A stretch of DNA of 64,000 nt from Octopus sinensis (taxonomy: Eukaryota). Under the pieces are notes generated by a model that saw only the letters and a program-made list of their open reading frames with translations, was not told the DNA's origin and did no database searches. The stretch lies in assembly GCF_006345805.1 (NCBI RefSeq), contig NC_042998.1, positions 147,808,001 to 147,872,000 of the forward strand, read 5' to 3'. Shown piece by piece: positions 13,081 through 25,959 of the stretch (position 1 is its first letter; every line of letters starts with the position of its first letter). The translations under genes were made by a program, and so were the position numbers.

Positions 13081-14442
13081 CCCCTCCCCTCCTTCAAACA
13101 AGCCCATAACCTACGAGACCTCTTGGTCCACAGCTTCTTCCCCAACCCTACCTCCCAACCTCGTTCCCCTGCTCCCGCCCATGCTGCAGCACTTGCCCTC
13201 ACCTCTCCAACATCACCCTCCTCACCGGCACCCATCATCGACCCTATCGCATCATCGACTCCTTCACCTGCACCTATAGCAATATCATATATTGCATCTC
13301 TTGCTCTTTCTGCCATTCCCTGTACATCGAACAAACGGGACGCCGCTTGGCTGACCAGTTCGCGGAACACCTTTGAGACATCCACCTCGCCAATGACATT
13401 CCAGTCTCACGCCATTTCCACTCCACCGGTCACTCCTTGCAACACCTGTCTGTGTTCGAATTGTCCTTGCACAGAGGCCATCCGGATTCCTGATTGCACC
13501 GTGAACAGGGATTAATCTTTTCTCTTCGCTCTTTTGTGCCATTTGGGCTCAACTATCCCCCCTTTTCATTTAACCTCCTCCCCGACTCCTACTTCTCTTC
13601 ACTCCTACATCTTTTCACCCCTACTCTCTTTCCCTCTTCTTCCCTCTTTCCCTTCTTCCCTCTTCTTCCCTTCTTTCCCTTCTTCCATCTTCCCCTCTAC
13701 TCTCTTTCCATCTTCTCCCCTACTCTCTTCTCCCTTCTCTCTTTCTCTCTGCTCCCTCACTCCCCTTCTCTCCCCTCCATCCCCACCGCCTCCTCTCCCT
13801 CTTCCTCCTCCCCATCTCTTCTCCCCCTCCCCGTCCCCCTCTTCTCTCTCTCCTCATATACCCACCTTCCCCTCCTCCATAAACCCACCCACCTCTACTC
13901 CACCTTCCCTATCCTTCCCATTCTACCCCACACCCTCCCCACACACCTCACCCCTATCCCATACCTCTCCCCCACATACCTCACCTCTAACCCCACCCTC
14001 TACCTACCCACAATACCCACACCCCACCTGTGCTTCCCCACTCTCGCCCCCCCAACATCACATCACACTACACTACACCATACAACATTACACATCACAT
14101 CACAACATACCACCCACACACCCATCCCCACATCTTTACACCTACACATACATACACACATCACATCACAACACACCACCCACACACCCATCCCTACATC
14201 TCCACACCCACACATACATACACACACATGTCCAGACCACCAGCCCTCTTTCACATGCACATACATACTCTCTTATACACACACGCACCTTTGTGTTGGG
14301 GGCACCTTCGTTTTGGAAGTCACTTCACCCTGTTATCTCCCCTACTGTCCCTCTCGCGTCTGACCATTGTCCAAAGTCAGGACGCCATGATAGATCGTTA
14401 GCTACTACATGCATTTTTTTCTCTCCTTGTTTTTTCTGTGTA

Positions 14443-14480
14443 TCTTTCTGTCGAAGAGCGTAGGCTCGAAACGTAAAAGA
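14443..14480 (+). ncRNA. Minimal type I hammerhead ribozyme-like motif in the Penelope terminal region
   Basis: tcttt-CTGTCGA-A-gagc(gtag)gctc-GAAA-CGTA-aaaga: helix I tcttt/aaaga, helix II gagc/gctc, palindromic ACGT helix III, GUA cleavage triplet; core has U where CUGANGA has A6. Confidence 0.6.
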
Positions 14481-15319
14481 CTTTCTATTCCTGAGCACTA
14501 TACTAATACATTTGTTTGTACTCCACCTGCCTTCGTCTTTTGTTTATTTTCGTAAACTTTCCCTTTATCTCTCTATATATAAAACTGAGAATGTGTGTCT
14601 GTCTGTCTGTGTGTTTCCCTTAAACTTGAGAACTACACAACCAATTTCATTCAAATTTTACACATGCCTTACTTAAGTGTCATTGGCAAAATAAAAATCT
14701 TAACTTTTTCCCTAGGGCGACCCCACAACAATATCATATCTTCTCCACTATTTCAGTATTACGTGTTAAAAGTGAAACAAAAACATCTCTCTTTTGTAAT
14801 GCAGACACTTTCACTTTAATATTGAAACTATTAAAGTGAAAGTATTATATAACAGGGATAAACCATTAACAAGTGGTCATCCATTTTGCTAGAAGAAGAT
14901 CTGCTATGGTCTTATATGCTACACCACTGGTTTTCAAATCATATTAATCAAATTAATATTCAATTTTTCACCCTTATTATGTGTGTGTGTGTGTGTGTAT
15001 TAGCAATTCGTATAAAATTGCATCAATGACTTGAACTTGAATAAGTGGTTTCACATAAATGGGGATAAATTAAAAAGGCTTGTTGTTATTATTACTGTTT
15101 GACTATTGTAATCACGTTTGTTGGTTCCTCGTCAGGGAAACGTTGTTGCGTTGCATTTGTTAAATAATTGTAAACCGTAACCCTCCCCCTTTCAGAGAAG
15201 GGGCTTTGGTTATTGTTTAAAAATTGAATTGTGTCCCTGTTTGGCGAAATTGACAATATTTTCACCATCTTTACAGAAGCATTTTTGTTAAAATGCCTTC
15301 GATAGAAGAAAGTCCAAAC

Positions 15320-15430
15320 TACGTTCCAAACACATGGTCCTGGGTTCAGTCCCACTGTGTGGTGACTTGGCATGTGTCTTCTGCTGTAGCCTCAGACCAA
15401 CAAACGCCTTCTCAGTGGATTTTGTACATA
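15320..15430 (+). mobile_element. CORE-type SINE fragment inside the Helitron
   Basis: cacatggtcctgggttcagtcccactg...ttggcatgtgtcttct matches 25338-25430. Confidence 0.7.
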
Positions 15431-15591
15431 TATACAGGCATACATACATATATATATACTTGCATACGTACATATTCGTCATAAACACTCTACCACTACA
15501 ACTAATAACTGTTGGGAACACTTTCAAACCTGCCTTACATTCGAACCGGAATCTCAACGCCTGAGTTTTCCATCTGAAGTTAATCTCTCTT

Positions 15592-18410
15592 ATGGAGCTC
15601 ATACAAAAAGGGCAAGTCTTTGAGCCCATACTATGTGACATGTACACAATCGAGTGGCAAAAAAGGGGCCTTCCTCATGCTCATATCCTGCTTTGGCTCT
15701 CAGCAAAGATCAATTCCAATGACATCGACAAGATAATCTCTGCAGAGCTTCCTGATCCGGCTTTAGACAAAGAACTATACGAAATAGTTAAAGCAAACAT
15801 GGTACATGGTCCATGTGGGCGTGGATTCAACATAAACACACCATGCTTGAAGGACAGCATATGTTCAAAAAGATTTCCAAGGAGGTTCCTACAAGAAACT
15901 CAGACAGGTGCTGATGGGTATCCATCATACAGACGCAAAAAAAACAGAAGACGGAGGTTTCACAGCAACTATCGGACAGCATGATATTGATAATAGATGG
16001 ATTGTTCCATACTGCCCACTCCTGTCGAAGACTTTCAATGCCCACATCAACGTTGAGTTTTGCAACTCCATTAAATCCATCAAGTACGTTTGCAAATATG
16101 TAAACAAGGGTTCTGATGCTGCAATGTTTGGACTTCAACAAGAATACTGCCAGGATGAGGTGACGCATTATCAGGTGGGATGGTACATAAGTAGCAACGA
16201 GGCTTTCTGATGCATCTTTGGCTTTCCAATTCACCAACGACACCCCGCCATTCAACAGCTTGCAGTGCACCTGGAAAATGGTCAAAGAGTGTACTTCACC
16301 GATGCTAATGCTTCTCAGTTGGAAGAGGAACCAAGGGATAGCACACTCACTGCATTCTTCAAGCTTTGTCAAATGGATCCATTCACTCAAACCTTGCTGT
16401 ATCCACAGATTCCATTGTACTACACTTGGAATGGAAAAAAATGGGCCCCACGGAAAGCAGGTCAAAATGTTCATGGATACCCTGGCATTAAGTTTCAGAC
16501 TTGCCTTGGGTGAGTATACACAGTGCATCCTACTCAACAAGAGTGCTTCTACCTTCGTATACTACTGCATGAGGTCAGAGGGCCAACGTCTTTCCAGGCC
16601 CTAAAAACCGTTCATGGACATGTCTGCACAACATACAGAGAAGCCTGCTATCGACAAGGTCTGTTAGAAGGTGGTGCACAATGGGATGCAACTTTAGGAG
16701 AGGCTGCTTTATCACAATCACCTAAAAGTCTCAGGGCACTATTTGCAGTATTACTACAGGCATGCAAACTGTGTGATCCGGCCACTCTATGGCTCAAATA
16801 TAGAGACAACCTGACTGAAGACTTTCAGCACCAAGCTCAACTGCTCTATCCTGACATGGAGGGTATCAGCAATGAAATCTATAACAAAACACTCATTGAC
16901 ATTGAAGACAGAATTGCTAAACTGGGTGAAAAGGAATTGTCGACGTATGGCCTGCCACAAGCATTCAGGTCAGGGTCAAATAGCCTTCCCACTGCTGTCG
17001 TTCGTGAAACAACCTACGACATTCAAGTGCTTTCAAAGTACATTGTTGAAAATGAGCCTAAATTACTTCTGGACCAGCTGTAGGCCTACAGAACTATTCT
17101 TAACAGTGTACGCCAATGCAAGGGACGAATTTTCTTCCTTGATGCTCTTGGAGGGATAGGAAAAACATTTATTACAAAGCTTCTCCTTGCAGAAGTTAGG
17201 CAGCATCAGGACATTGCAGTAGCTGTAGCCTCCTCTGGCATTGCAGCTACTTTGTTACCCAGTGGCAGGACAGCACACTCAACTTTTAAACTCCCCCTCA
17301 ATTTAGCAGCATCCGAAATGCCTTCATGCAACATCAACAAAAGCTCAGATCAGAGACAAGTGCTTAAAATGTGTCATCTAATTGTCTGGGATGAGTGCAC
17401 TATGGCTCACAAGGGAGCTTTGGAAGCATTAGATAGAGCCCTGAAAGACATCCGAGACTGTCAGGCTCCAATGGGAGTTGTAACGCTCCTGTTGTCAGGT
17501 GATTTCAGGCAAACTCTTCTTGTCATTCCGAAAGGCACTAGAGCATGCCTAAAGTCCTCTACCCTGTGGCATCATGTTACAATCCTCAGTCTCACCACTA
17601 ACATGAGAGCTCAGCTACACAGCAACAAAATGTCCACAAAGTTTGCACAGGACATTTTGACACTTGGTGAAGGCAAGATGCCTCTTGATGCTGCAGGACA
17701 AATGGAAATGTGGTCATTTTCCTCTGTTGTTAATTCTGTAGATGACCTCAAAAACAAAGTCTTTCCCAACTTCACACAAAACTGCCAAAATCACAATTGG
17801 CTGTGTGAAAGAACAATATTAGCTCCAAAAAACGTCGCTGTTAACAAAATTAATCAACAGCTAATGCATTCTCTTCCCGGCATTATACATACTTACAAGT
17901 CTCTTGATACAATTCCAGATATAAATGAAGTTGTGAACTATCCTCCTGAATTTCTCAATTCACTGGAGCCTCCTGGACTACCTCCACACATATTAGCACT
18001 TAAAGTTGGAACTCCTGTAATGCTACTCCGCAATCTGGAACCACCAAGACTTTGCAATGGAACACGACTGCTGATAAAGAAAATGATGTCACGTTATCGA
18101 GGTGATCATTCTTTCTGGATGTGGAAAAGGTGATGACGTCTTTATTCCAAGATTTCCTCTTACTCCATCAGGAGCAGAAATTCCATATACTTTCAGAAGA
18201 CTGCAATTATCCCTTCGTGTCAGCTTTGCCATGTCCATTAACAAATCTCAGGGTCAAACCCTCTCTGTAGCTGGTCTTCTCTTGGAAGAGCCCTGCTTCT
18301 CACATTGGCAACTGTATGTTGGCTGCTCAAGAGTAGGAACCAAAAGAAACCTTTTTGTATATGCTCCACAAGGAAAAACAAGGAACATTGTTTACAACAA
18401 GGTGTTATAA
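15592..18410 (+). pseudogene. Helitron Rep-PIF1 helicase pseudogene
   Basis: HUH motif IEWQKRGLPHAHILLWL, VHGPCG, NAHINVE...KYVCKYVNKG; helicase LDALGGIGKTF, SGRTAHSTFKLP, WDECTM, GDFRQ, LCNGTRL, FAMSINKSQGQTL, LYVGCSRV; several stops and frameshifts. Confidence 0.93.
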
Positions 18411-18595
18411 TCTCAACAGCCAGGAGGTATATACATGATCCCCTTTTTTTTAACAAACTTCATGTACTTTTATGTATTTATATTAATATACATATATAGG
18501 TGTGTGTGTGTATCCATGTATATATAACAGAAGAGTCTAATTCTTCAATTGAATGTAACCGGGCAACGCTGGGTATCTCTGCTAGTATATATATA

Positions 18596-18638
<43 letters not shown>

Positions 18639-18970
18639 ATATATATAATATATATATATATATGAAAGAAGGTTTGAAAATGCAATTGTAAAGATGTTTA
18701 TTCACTTGAATGGTTTCACTTTTTTAGAAAAAGATTGTCAAAAGTAAAATGTAAAGCTTTGTATAAGCTGTGTTGTGTTAAGTGCTGGTTGTCACAAAAG
18801 TATTAAGATACATATAGACATTCTTTAATAATAATGAGACAACGTTAAAAAGAGTTTACAAGAAAGTACTTAAGAACGTATTCAACGAAAAGTATTAGGA
18901 GTTCAATATACACACACACAGAAGGAGATATATTTAGGAATTTACAAAAAATCCAACCTGTCTTTTATAT

Positions 18971-19123
18971 ATATATATTTGTGAAAGAGGGCAACAAACG
19001 CTGAGGCATAACAAGCATTTCATATACATTATTTCATAATATATTATTCTTAAGTTAGTAGAGTAATATAAAATCATGCATGTTATGTCTCAGCGTTTGC
19101 TGTCCTCTTTCACAAATATATAT
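18971..19123. repeat. Inverted repeat, ~48 bp arms
   Basis: atttgtgaaagagggcaacaaacgctgaggcataaca versus tgttatgtctcagcgtttgctgtcctctttcacaaat. Confidence 0.9.
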
Positions 19124-20077
19124 CTGCTAAATCAGAAACCTAAAATGGATCCATGGCTCCCATCTCAGTTTCGACCTTGGAAACATGATAATCTGTTACA
19201 GCACTTAATCCAGCGTATGTATTCATTTAGATCACCAGTGAACTAAACCCCCATATTCTGCATGTATGTATGTATATATATATATACACACACATACAAA
19301 CACACACACACACATACAAACACACACACACACACAGTGAGTGAGAAGTGTTAGTACAAACATAGACTATATAAGAACCAAATTAGTGATCAGATTGGTT
19401 AAACTTTTGAACTCTAACTTCCTTATCAGGGTAAAGTAGTCCAACAGAACAAAAGTTGGCTTTAAGAAATATATAGCTTGAGTGAGTAACAAAAGGACAA
19501 AATATGGACAAACAATTATAGATTGCAGGAATTCATTTATATGAGATATTAGATATACATATTGCAGGATGGAAATATATCTTTGCAGCTGTTTTAAAGA
19601 TTTGACAACTAGTTGATGCTGTAATGCATATAATGCAAATTGGTAGACACAATGAGGCAATAATTTTATACAGCAAAAAAGCAAAAACTTTATTAACTCA
19701 CATGTAGCATGAAACATTAATCTCTTCAAGCTGAAATATTGAATATTTTCAGCTGAATGATAAGTGTCAAGACGATTTTGCTTCCATGTAATTCTTCTTT
19801 GTTTATCTTGATGTTGAACAAGTTTAAAAAGTTTAAAACCATTTATAATTGTATTCAATCTGGTGGTATATCTGCCCCCTCCTTCTTTAAGAACCATTAA
19901 CCTAGGTAACAAAATTTATCAACTACTTTGAGTGAGTATACTTACACATCTGACTACTCTTGTACTTCTGTTGCATATGATACCTACTTTCTTTGTTAGC
20001 CTGCTTGTGATCCCATTATAACTTTTGTCAAAGCCACTGCTGTGAACTTTGCAAATTATATAATCCAACTAAAAAAT

Positions 20078-21880
20078 GCTTCACTTCACTTCTTGCTCTT
20101 GCTTGATGAGGCTGGGGTCATCCCAGGTTAGTGGTCCCAGAGGCATCATCATGCATAGAGTCAGCCAGATTCACCAGTGCTTTCTGTTGGTGGCAGTCTA
20201 ATGCCAGCCCCTCTACATCCTCCAAGGTAACAATCATGTCCAGCCTTCTGGTGTGAGGCCTGCCTTGAGGCCTCTCCCAGCCTGCAGCTGCTGCATTGTA
20301 TGAAAGTAAAGCCCTGGTAGGATGATCTAGTAGAATGAGGGCATGTCCATACCAGTGCATGTGACAGATAGCTATGAGGGTGGAGGCTGTGGGGTGATTA
20401 CATGCTCACATGCAGTTCTTTGTTGGAAATGTGATGGAACCCTCTAATGTTCTCAGTGGTTCTCAGGGTTTTGCTGCTGAAGCCATCCATCGTCTTTGCT
20501 AGGGTCTTGAAGTGGGACCACATTTCTGCTCCATAGAGAAGAATGGAGAGAGCCAATGTATTGCTGAGGTGGATTTTTGTCTTCTGGAAGATAGAGCAGT
20601 CATGCCAAAGGGGCTTCCATAGGAAGTACATGACCCTGGCAGCCAGACCATATCTGTAGTTGATCCCCGGGGTTAGGTTTCCATTGTTGGTGACTGTGGA
20701 GTCCAGGTAGTTGAAGGAGCTGACAAACTCCATGACATTAAGGTCAATATGGAGAGGGGGAGGGTCTGGGTCATCTCCAGCATACATCAACTTTGTCTTT
20801 GCCCAACTCACCTGAAGGCTAAGCTTTGCTGATTCTTCCCTGTATATGGTCAGTGTGTCCCCAAACTCGTTGATCGAGTTGCTGAAGAGGGTGGTGTCAT
20901 CTGCATACTCCAGGTCGGTAAGGTAGTAGTTCTCGAAGGTAATGCCAGAGACTCACTCACAGACCTTGGTCATCAGATAATCGATGACACAGTTGAAGAG
21001 GTTAGGGGTGGTTTTGCAGCCCTGACTAATTCCACTGTTGATGGGGAACCAGTCAGAGTCCTTCTCATTGACCTGCATGCAGCTCATGGCACTACCATAG
21101 GGCCTTTGAAACAGGGTAGTGATCTTTTGAGGCACGCTGATGAGCTTGAGAATTTTCCAAAAGGATGCATGGTCAGCCATGTTGAAAGCCACCTTGAGGT
21201 TGATGAAGGCAATGTAGAGGTGGTGATCTTTATAAAACCACCTCTACATAAAGATGTAGAGATGGATCTTTCAATGATGAGACAAAAAGCCAAAATATGG
21301 TCGAAAATAGATTGATTCAGCATGAAACTGGCTTGTTGAATAGCTTGCTAGGATGGAGAAGAGGTTGATGTTCCTGTAGTTGCTTCTGGCAAGTTTGTTG
21401 CTCTTTTATTTCTAGAAGGGGAGGATGATGCCGTGGGTCCAGTCATTTGGGAGTTGCTCTGACACCCATGCATGGTCGATGAGCCACTGGATAACGTTTT
21501 CTCTGGCAACTTTCAACATCTCCGTGATTATAGTGCAGATCCCAGGAGCTTTGCAATTGTTTAGCTTCTTCAGGGTGGCAATGACTTTGTCAAGGGTGAC
21601 AGGATCGAGTCTGCAAGTGTTATCAGTTGTGACTGTGTCTGCAATGATGGTTAGGCTGGGGTTGATTGGGACCTGTAGGTGATGGAGAAGAAGGCTGAAG
21701 TACTTCTTCCAGTGTTCAAAGCAGGCAGTTTCCATGGTGATGATGTTACCATTGGTATTCTTCACCTGGGCTGTCTTGAACTGGGGACTGGCATGAACTC
21801 TGCGGAGCATGTTGAATACCTGGCTGATGTTGTTGTTCCTTGCTGCTGCCTCCAGGTGATCAGCTTCTGCCCAGAACTCA
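20078..21880 (-). mobile_element. RTE-clade LINE, 5'-truncated and degraded
   Basis: CKAPGICTIITEMLK, WTHGIILPF, GISQGCKTTPNLFN, DLEYADD (20900-20920), SWAKTKLM, FNYL, LLYGAEMW, WYGH, RPQGRP; short repeat tail (gaagt)n. Confidence 0.9.
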
Positions 21881-23029
21881 GGAACTTAAAGACAAAAATA
21901 AAGCAGGTGAAACCACTCCTTGAACAGAGAAGGACAAAGAATAGGGGTGCGGTGGGATAGAGAAACTAGAGGTTTCTATGGTGTCATGACTTGTCACTTG
22001 GTTTGGTGTGAAATATTTGAAATTTTACTGGATAACAAATTTACTTCATGATACACATTATCATAAGACTATATATTTCTTGTTCACAAATTATATTTAA
22101 TTTTCTAACTGTAATTTTCAGCTGGTGTAAAAAAGATGGTGGTTGTTGAAAATAAAATGAACAAAAAACTGGAGAAGGAAGCACACTCTGTAGGACTGTG
22201 CTAAGGTGTTGAATATACAGGCATCACTTTGTCTTTTGTGTCTTTGTAGTTCATACTATGTACATTGTATGGAATTCCTAGATCATCCTTTTATATATAT
22301 ATATATATATGTGGAGCATGAATATCACAGGAAAGAATTACAAGATGGATTAGTGAATCAAGAATGAGATGATTGGATAACACCATACCCAGACATGGTA
22401 TCTCTCTTCTCTCCCTGTCAATGGTATTTTCATTACTATCCTGCTGCAAGCATTTCTTTAGCCCTCCTTACTTGTGCACTCCCTCACCCTAAACCCTTCC
22501 AAATTTTTATAGATGCTGCTTACCCATCTTACTCTCTCAAACTTCCCTATCTTTTTCCCTATCTTTTCTTTTGCAAGCCCTCACTCACTACTACTATTTC
22601 TATCTGAGGTGTCCAGGTTGCACCTCGCTACCTCTTGGGAAATATTACCAATTCAATCTCTCCCTCCCCAAAATGTGGGTAGCCATGTAACTCCTTTAAA
22701 AGAACCTGTTCTGTTCCAATCTCTTCCATCACACCTTAACCTTCATTAGCATAAGGATGCAGTATCCTGCCTCCTCAGGCTTGTAGACTTGTGGGCTACA
22801 TGATAACCTTGATACAGTACAGTGTGTACTGGATGCTTAGAAAATCACTTAGTACACATTGTAATGTGGTTGGCATTAAGAAGGGCATCCAGCCATAGAA
22901 ACCATGTCAAAGCAGATACTAGAGCACAATGCAATCCTTTGATTCGGATCTTTGTCAAACTGTTGAACCTAGCATTGAACATGGATGTTGAATGGTGATG
23001 ATGATTTACATCCATATAGATATAGATAG

Positions 23030-23900
23030 ATATATAAATGTACATATATGCATGCTAATGTTCCAGTTAGCAGGACAGGCTGCTAATCCCTTCAAGTAAA
23101 TGGCCTTGTTCTAGATATAAAAGAGGTATTTTCAGAAAATCTACAGTGTATTCTGTGCAAACTATGGACACATAAGAGGTGCAGTGGAATCACAGGAAGG
23201 TTTATAGAGAAAGTAAACTTTGTTTGTGGCAGATGTGCAGGAACAATAAACACAAAAAACAAACAGAAAATAGATTTCCTCAACTGCCTAGAAGGATCCT
23301 TAGAGGTAGTAGATAGTTTCCTTTTTTTTACTTAGGTAATGTAGAGAACATAATTAGCCATGGAGGAGGATGTGCCGAAGTATAGTTACTAGAGCTGGTT
23401 GGAGAAAGTTCATAGAGCTTTTATCTTTGTTAGTAACAACAGGCCTCTTTCTTAGAGTAAAAAGCAAATTGTACAATACCGGTGTATGAACAGCAATGCT
23501 TCATAGTAGTGAAATGTAGGCTGTAAATGCAGAGGATGAGTAGATTAAAAAGAAATAAAGATAGCATGCTTCAATGGATGTGTAACATTAATGTGCATGT
23601 ATGACAAAGTACAAAATGGGCATAAGAGGTATCAGATATAGTGTGCAAGAGAGAAGACTGCACAGGTATGGATATGTAATGTGGTTGGACAAGGATAGTT
23701 GTATTAAGAAGTGCTGATCACTAAATGTGGGTAGAACTTGTGGTAGAGGAAGACCTAGGAAAACATAGGATGAAATAGTGAAAACTAACTTCTAAATCTT
23801 GAACTTCATACAAGGAATGACAAATGACCAAAATGAGTGGCAATATGGTGTACTTGAGAAGACTTGTCTATCTCAGCAAAAATGAGGTCCTGACAAGCTT
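23030..23900 (+). mobile_element. Degraded RTE LINE fragment with PHD-like insert
   Basis: Colinear with 56900-57750 (ccttcaagtaaatggcc, ctatggacacataagaggtgcag, tttgtttgtggcagatg). Confidence 0.8.
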
Positions 23901-25302
23901 TCTCCCATGGTTCATCTTCTAACAACCATTCCTCCATCAATTTTCTTATTGTACTAATCACTTATGTGCTGCAAATGAAAATTTATCTGCTTACACTGTA
24001 TCCCTAGTACTGTCCCTTATCTCTTTTTCCCTGACTCCTATTTCCTTCACTCCCCATGCCTTCAAACTGATATTTGCTGCCCCCTCAATCCCAACCTCGT
24101 CATTTGTCACATTCCTTTCACACTCTGCCATACTTATCTACTTACCCACTTTTCCTGTTCTTTTATTGCTATCCTTTCTCTTATACTCACCTTGTACATT
24201 AAGGGTATGCCCTCACTATCTCTCACACTCTTTCCAGCTGGGGAAGCCATGTAGTCACCTCTTTAGTAAAACACCTGTTCCTGCCTCTTTATGGTACTTC
24301 CACATGCAAGACAAGACACCCCCACCACTCAGTTGTGTGGCAAGGTCATGTCTTGCATGTACTTGGTAACCTTACTAATGCTGAGGTGACAAAAAAATCC
24401 AATACACTCAATAAAATGGTTGGCATCAGGAAGGGCATTCAGCTAGAGAAACTACACCGGAGTAGACATTGGTGCTGGGAACAGTCCTCTGGCTTGTTGG
24501 TTCCTGTGAACTGTCCAATCATGCCAGCATGATAAAACAGAGACAATGAATGATAATGATGATGATAATGATGGTATATATGTGTGGCTATGTGATTTAG
24601 ATGGTATATATGTGTGGCTATGTGATTAAGAACTTCCCACCCATGCAGTTTCAGGTTCAGCCCTACTGAATGGTGTCTTGGGTAGCTTATACTATGGCAT
24701 ATATGTATGTGTGTGCTTGTGTGTGCGTGTACTTGTGTGTATCCCTGTCTTGAGCGAGGTTGTTCATTACCAGCCTTCTGTTAAAAGCATGTCTAGTGGG
24801 GAAATATTACCTTACTTGGAAACAAGTGAGAATTGGTGACAAGGGCATCCAACCATATAAAATCTGCCTCAGCAAATTCTGTCTAACTCATGCAAGCATG
24901 GAAAAGTGGATGCTAGAGGATCGGGATCACCTCCCTAACTGTACTTTCAAAAGAGAATTGTTGATATTTGATACACTGTAACACAGAGTACCAGCAGTGA
25001 ATAATTCCACTTTTGAATATTGGATTGGCAGAATTATTAGAGTATTACAGTATTTCTTCCAGCTCTGAGTTAAAATTTTGCTGGGATAAACTTTGTCTTT
25101 CATCACTCAGGGTCAGATAAAAATAAACCCCTCCCTCCAAAATTGTTGGCTTTGACCCTAAATTTGAAACTGCTATTAACAACTCTTCTATAGGTATTGA
25201 ATACTTTCTATAGGTATCAAGAGTTGAGTACTTCTCTTATATCTGAGTGTGGATACACCCGCGTGTGCATGCATGTAAACAGATAAATAATATATATATA
25301 TA

Positions 25303-25690
25303 TGAGTGGCTGTGTGGTAAGAAGCTTGCTTCCCAGCCACATGGTTCTGGGTTCAGCTCCACTGCATGACATCTTAGGCAAGTGTCTTCTACTATAGCCT
25401 CGGGCTGACCAAAGCCTTGAATGGATTTGGTAGACAGAAACTTAAAGAAGCCTGCCGTGTATATATATATATATATTACGTATATGTGTGTGTGTATATA
25501 TTTGTTCCCCATACCCCATCACTTAACAACCAATGTCGGTGTGTTTACATACCCGTAACGTGGCGGTTCGGCAAAATAGGCCGATAGAATAAGTACTAGG
25601 TTTACAAAGAATAACTCTTGGGGTCGATTCGTTCGACGAAAGGCAGTGCTCCAGCATGGCCGCAGTCAAATGACTGAAACAAGTAAAAGA
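25303..25690 (+). mobile_element. Well-preserved tRNA/CORE SINE with (TA)n insert and tail
   Basis: gagtggctgtgtggtaagaagcttgcttccc...gggttcagctcc...ttaggcaagtgtctt; tail ...cagcatggccgcagtcaaatgactgaaacaagtaaaaga also seen at 4828-4870. Confidence 0.8.
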
Positions 25691-25959
25691 ATATGTATAT
25701 ATATATATTATATATGCATATATATTATTTATAAATTATACATATATACAGTATACATAAGCTATACATTATACAACTTTATTAGTATTAATATATATTA
25801 TAGCATATATACGCTATTCGATGAATTTAGAGGAAGTGAAATGAGAATAACATCAAGGGCCGGTAATGGACAAGTAATAATTATTACAATTCTGTCCATT
25901 CGTACAAAAAATGTCTGGCGTTGGCAATAACAAACACTAAAGCCAAAAAAAAGCACAAA

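Larger units (their letters stand above)
11875..14567 (+). mobile_element. Penelope-like retroelement (Neptune-type), 5'-truncated and inactivated
   Basis: RT motifs LPKIHK..PGRPIVS, MDIQSLYT, GVAMGTRMGPNYANLF, RYIDD, SFLDISV; Cys linker PCSRPCCSTC; GIY-YIG-type endonuclease NIIYCISCSFCHSLYIEQTGRRL..EHL; long pyrimidine-rich 3' region. Confidence 0.93.
14568..18585 (+). mobile_element. Helitron, both termini intact, internally deleted and frameshifted RepHel
   Basis: 5' A|TC at 14567/14568; 3' hairpin accgggcaacgctgggt (18558-18574) then CTAG|T at 18582-18586; Rep and PIF1-helicase motifs in between. Confidence 0.93.

Noticed and set aside
13078-13495. In-frame TGA codons in the Penelope ORF as possible selenocysteine recoding
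   Set aside because: They fall where Arg (CGA) is plausible (EHL*D, DS*L), consistent with CpG decay; the copy also has a frameshift and a YIG-to-YIE change
13494-14463. 289-aa and 309-aa ORFs
   Set aside because: Open only because the C/T-rich low-complexity tract lacks stop codons
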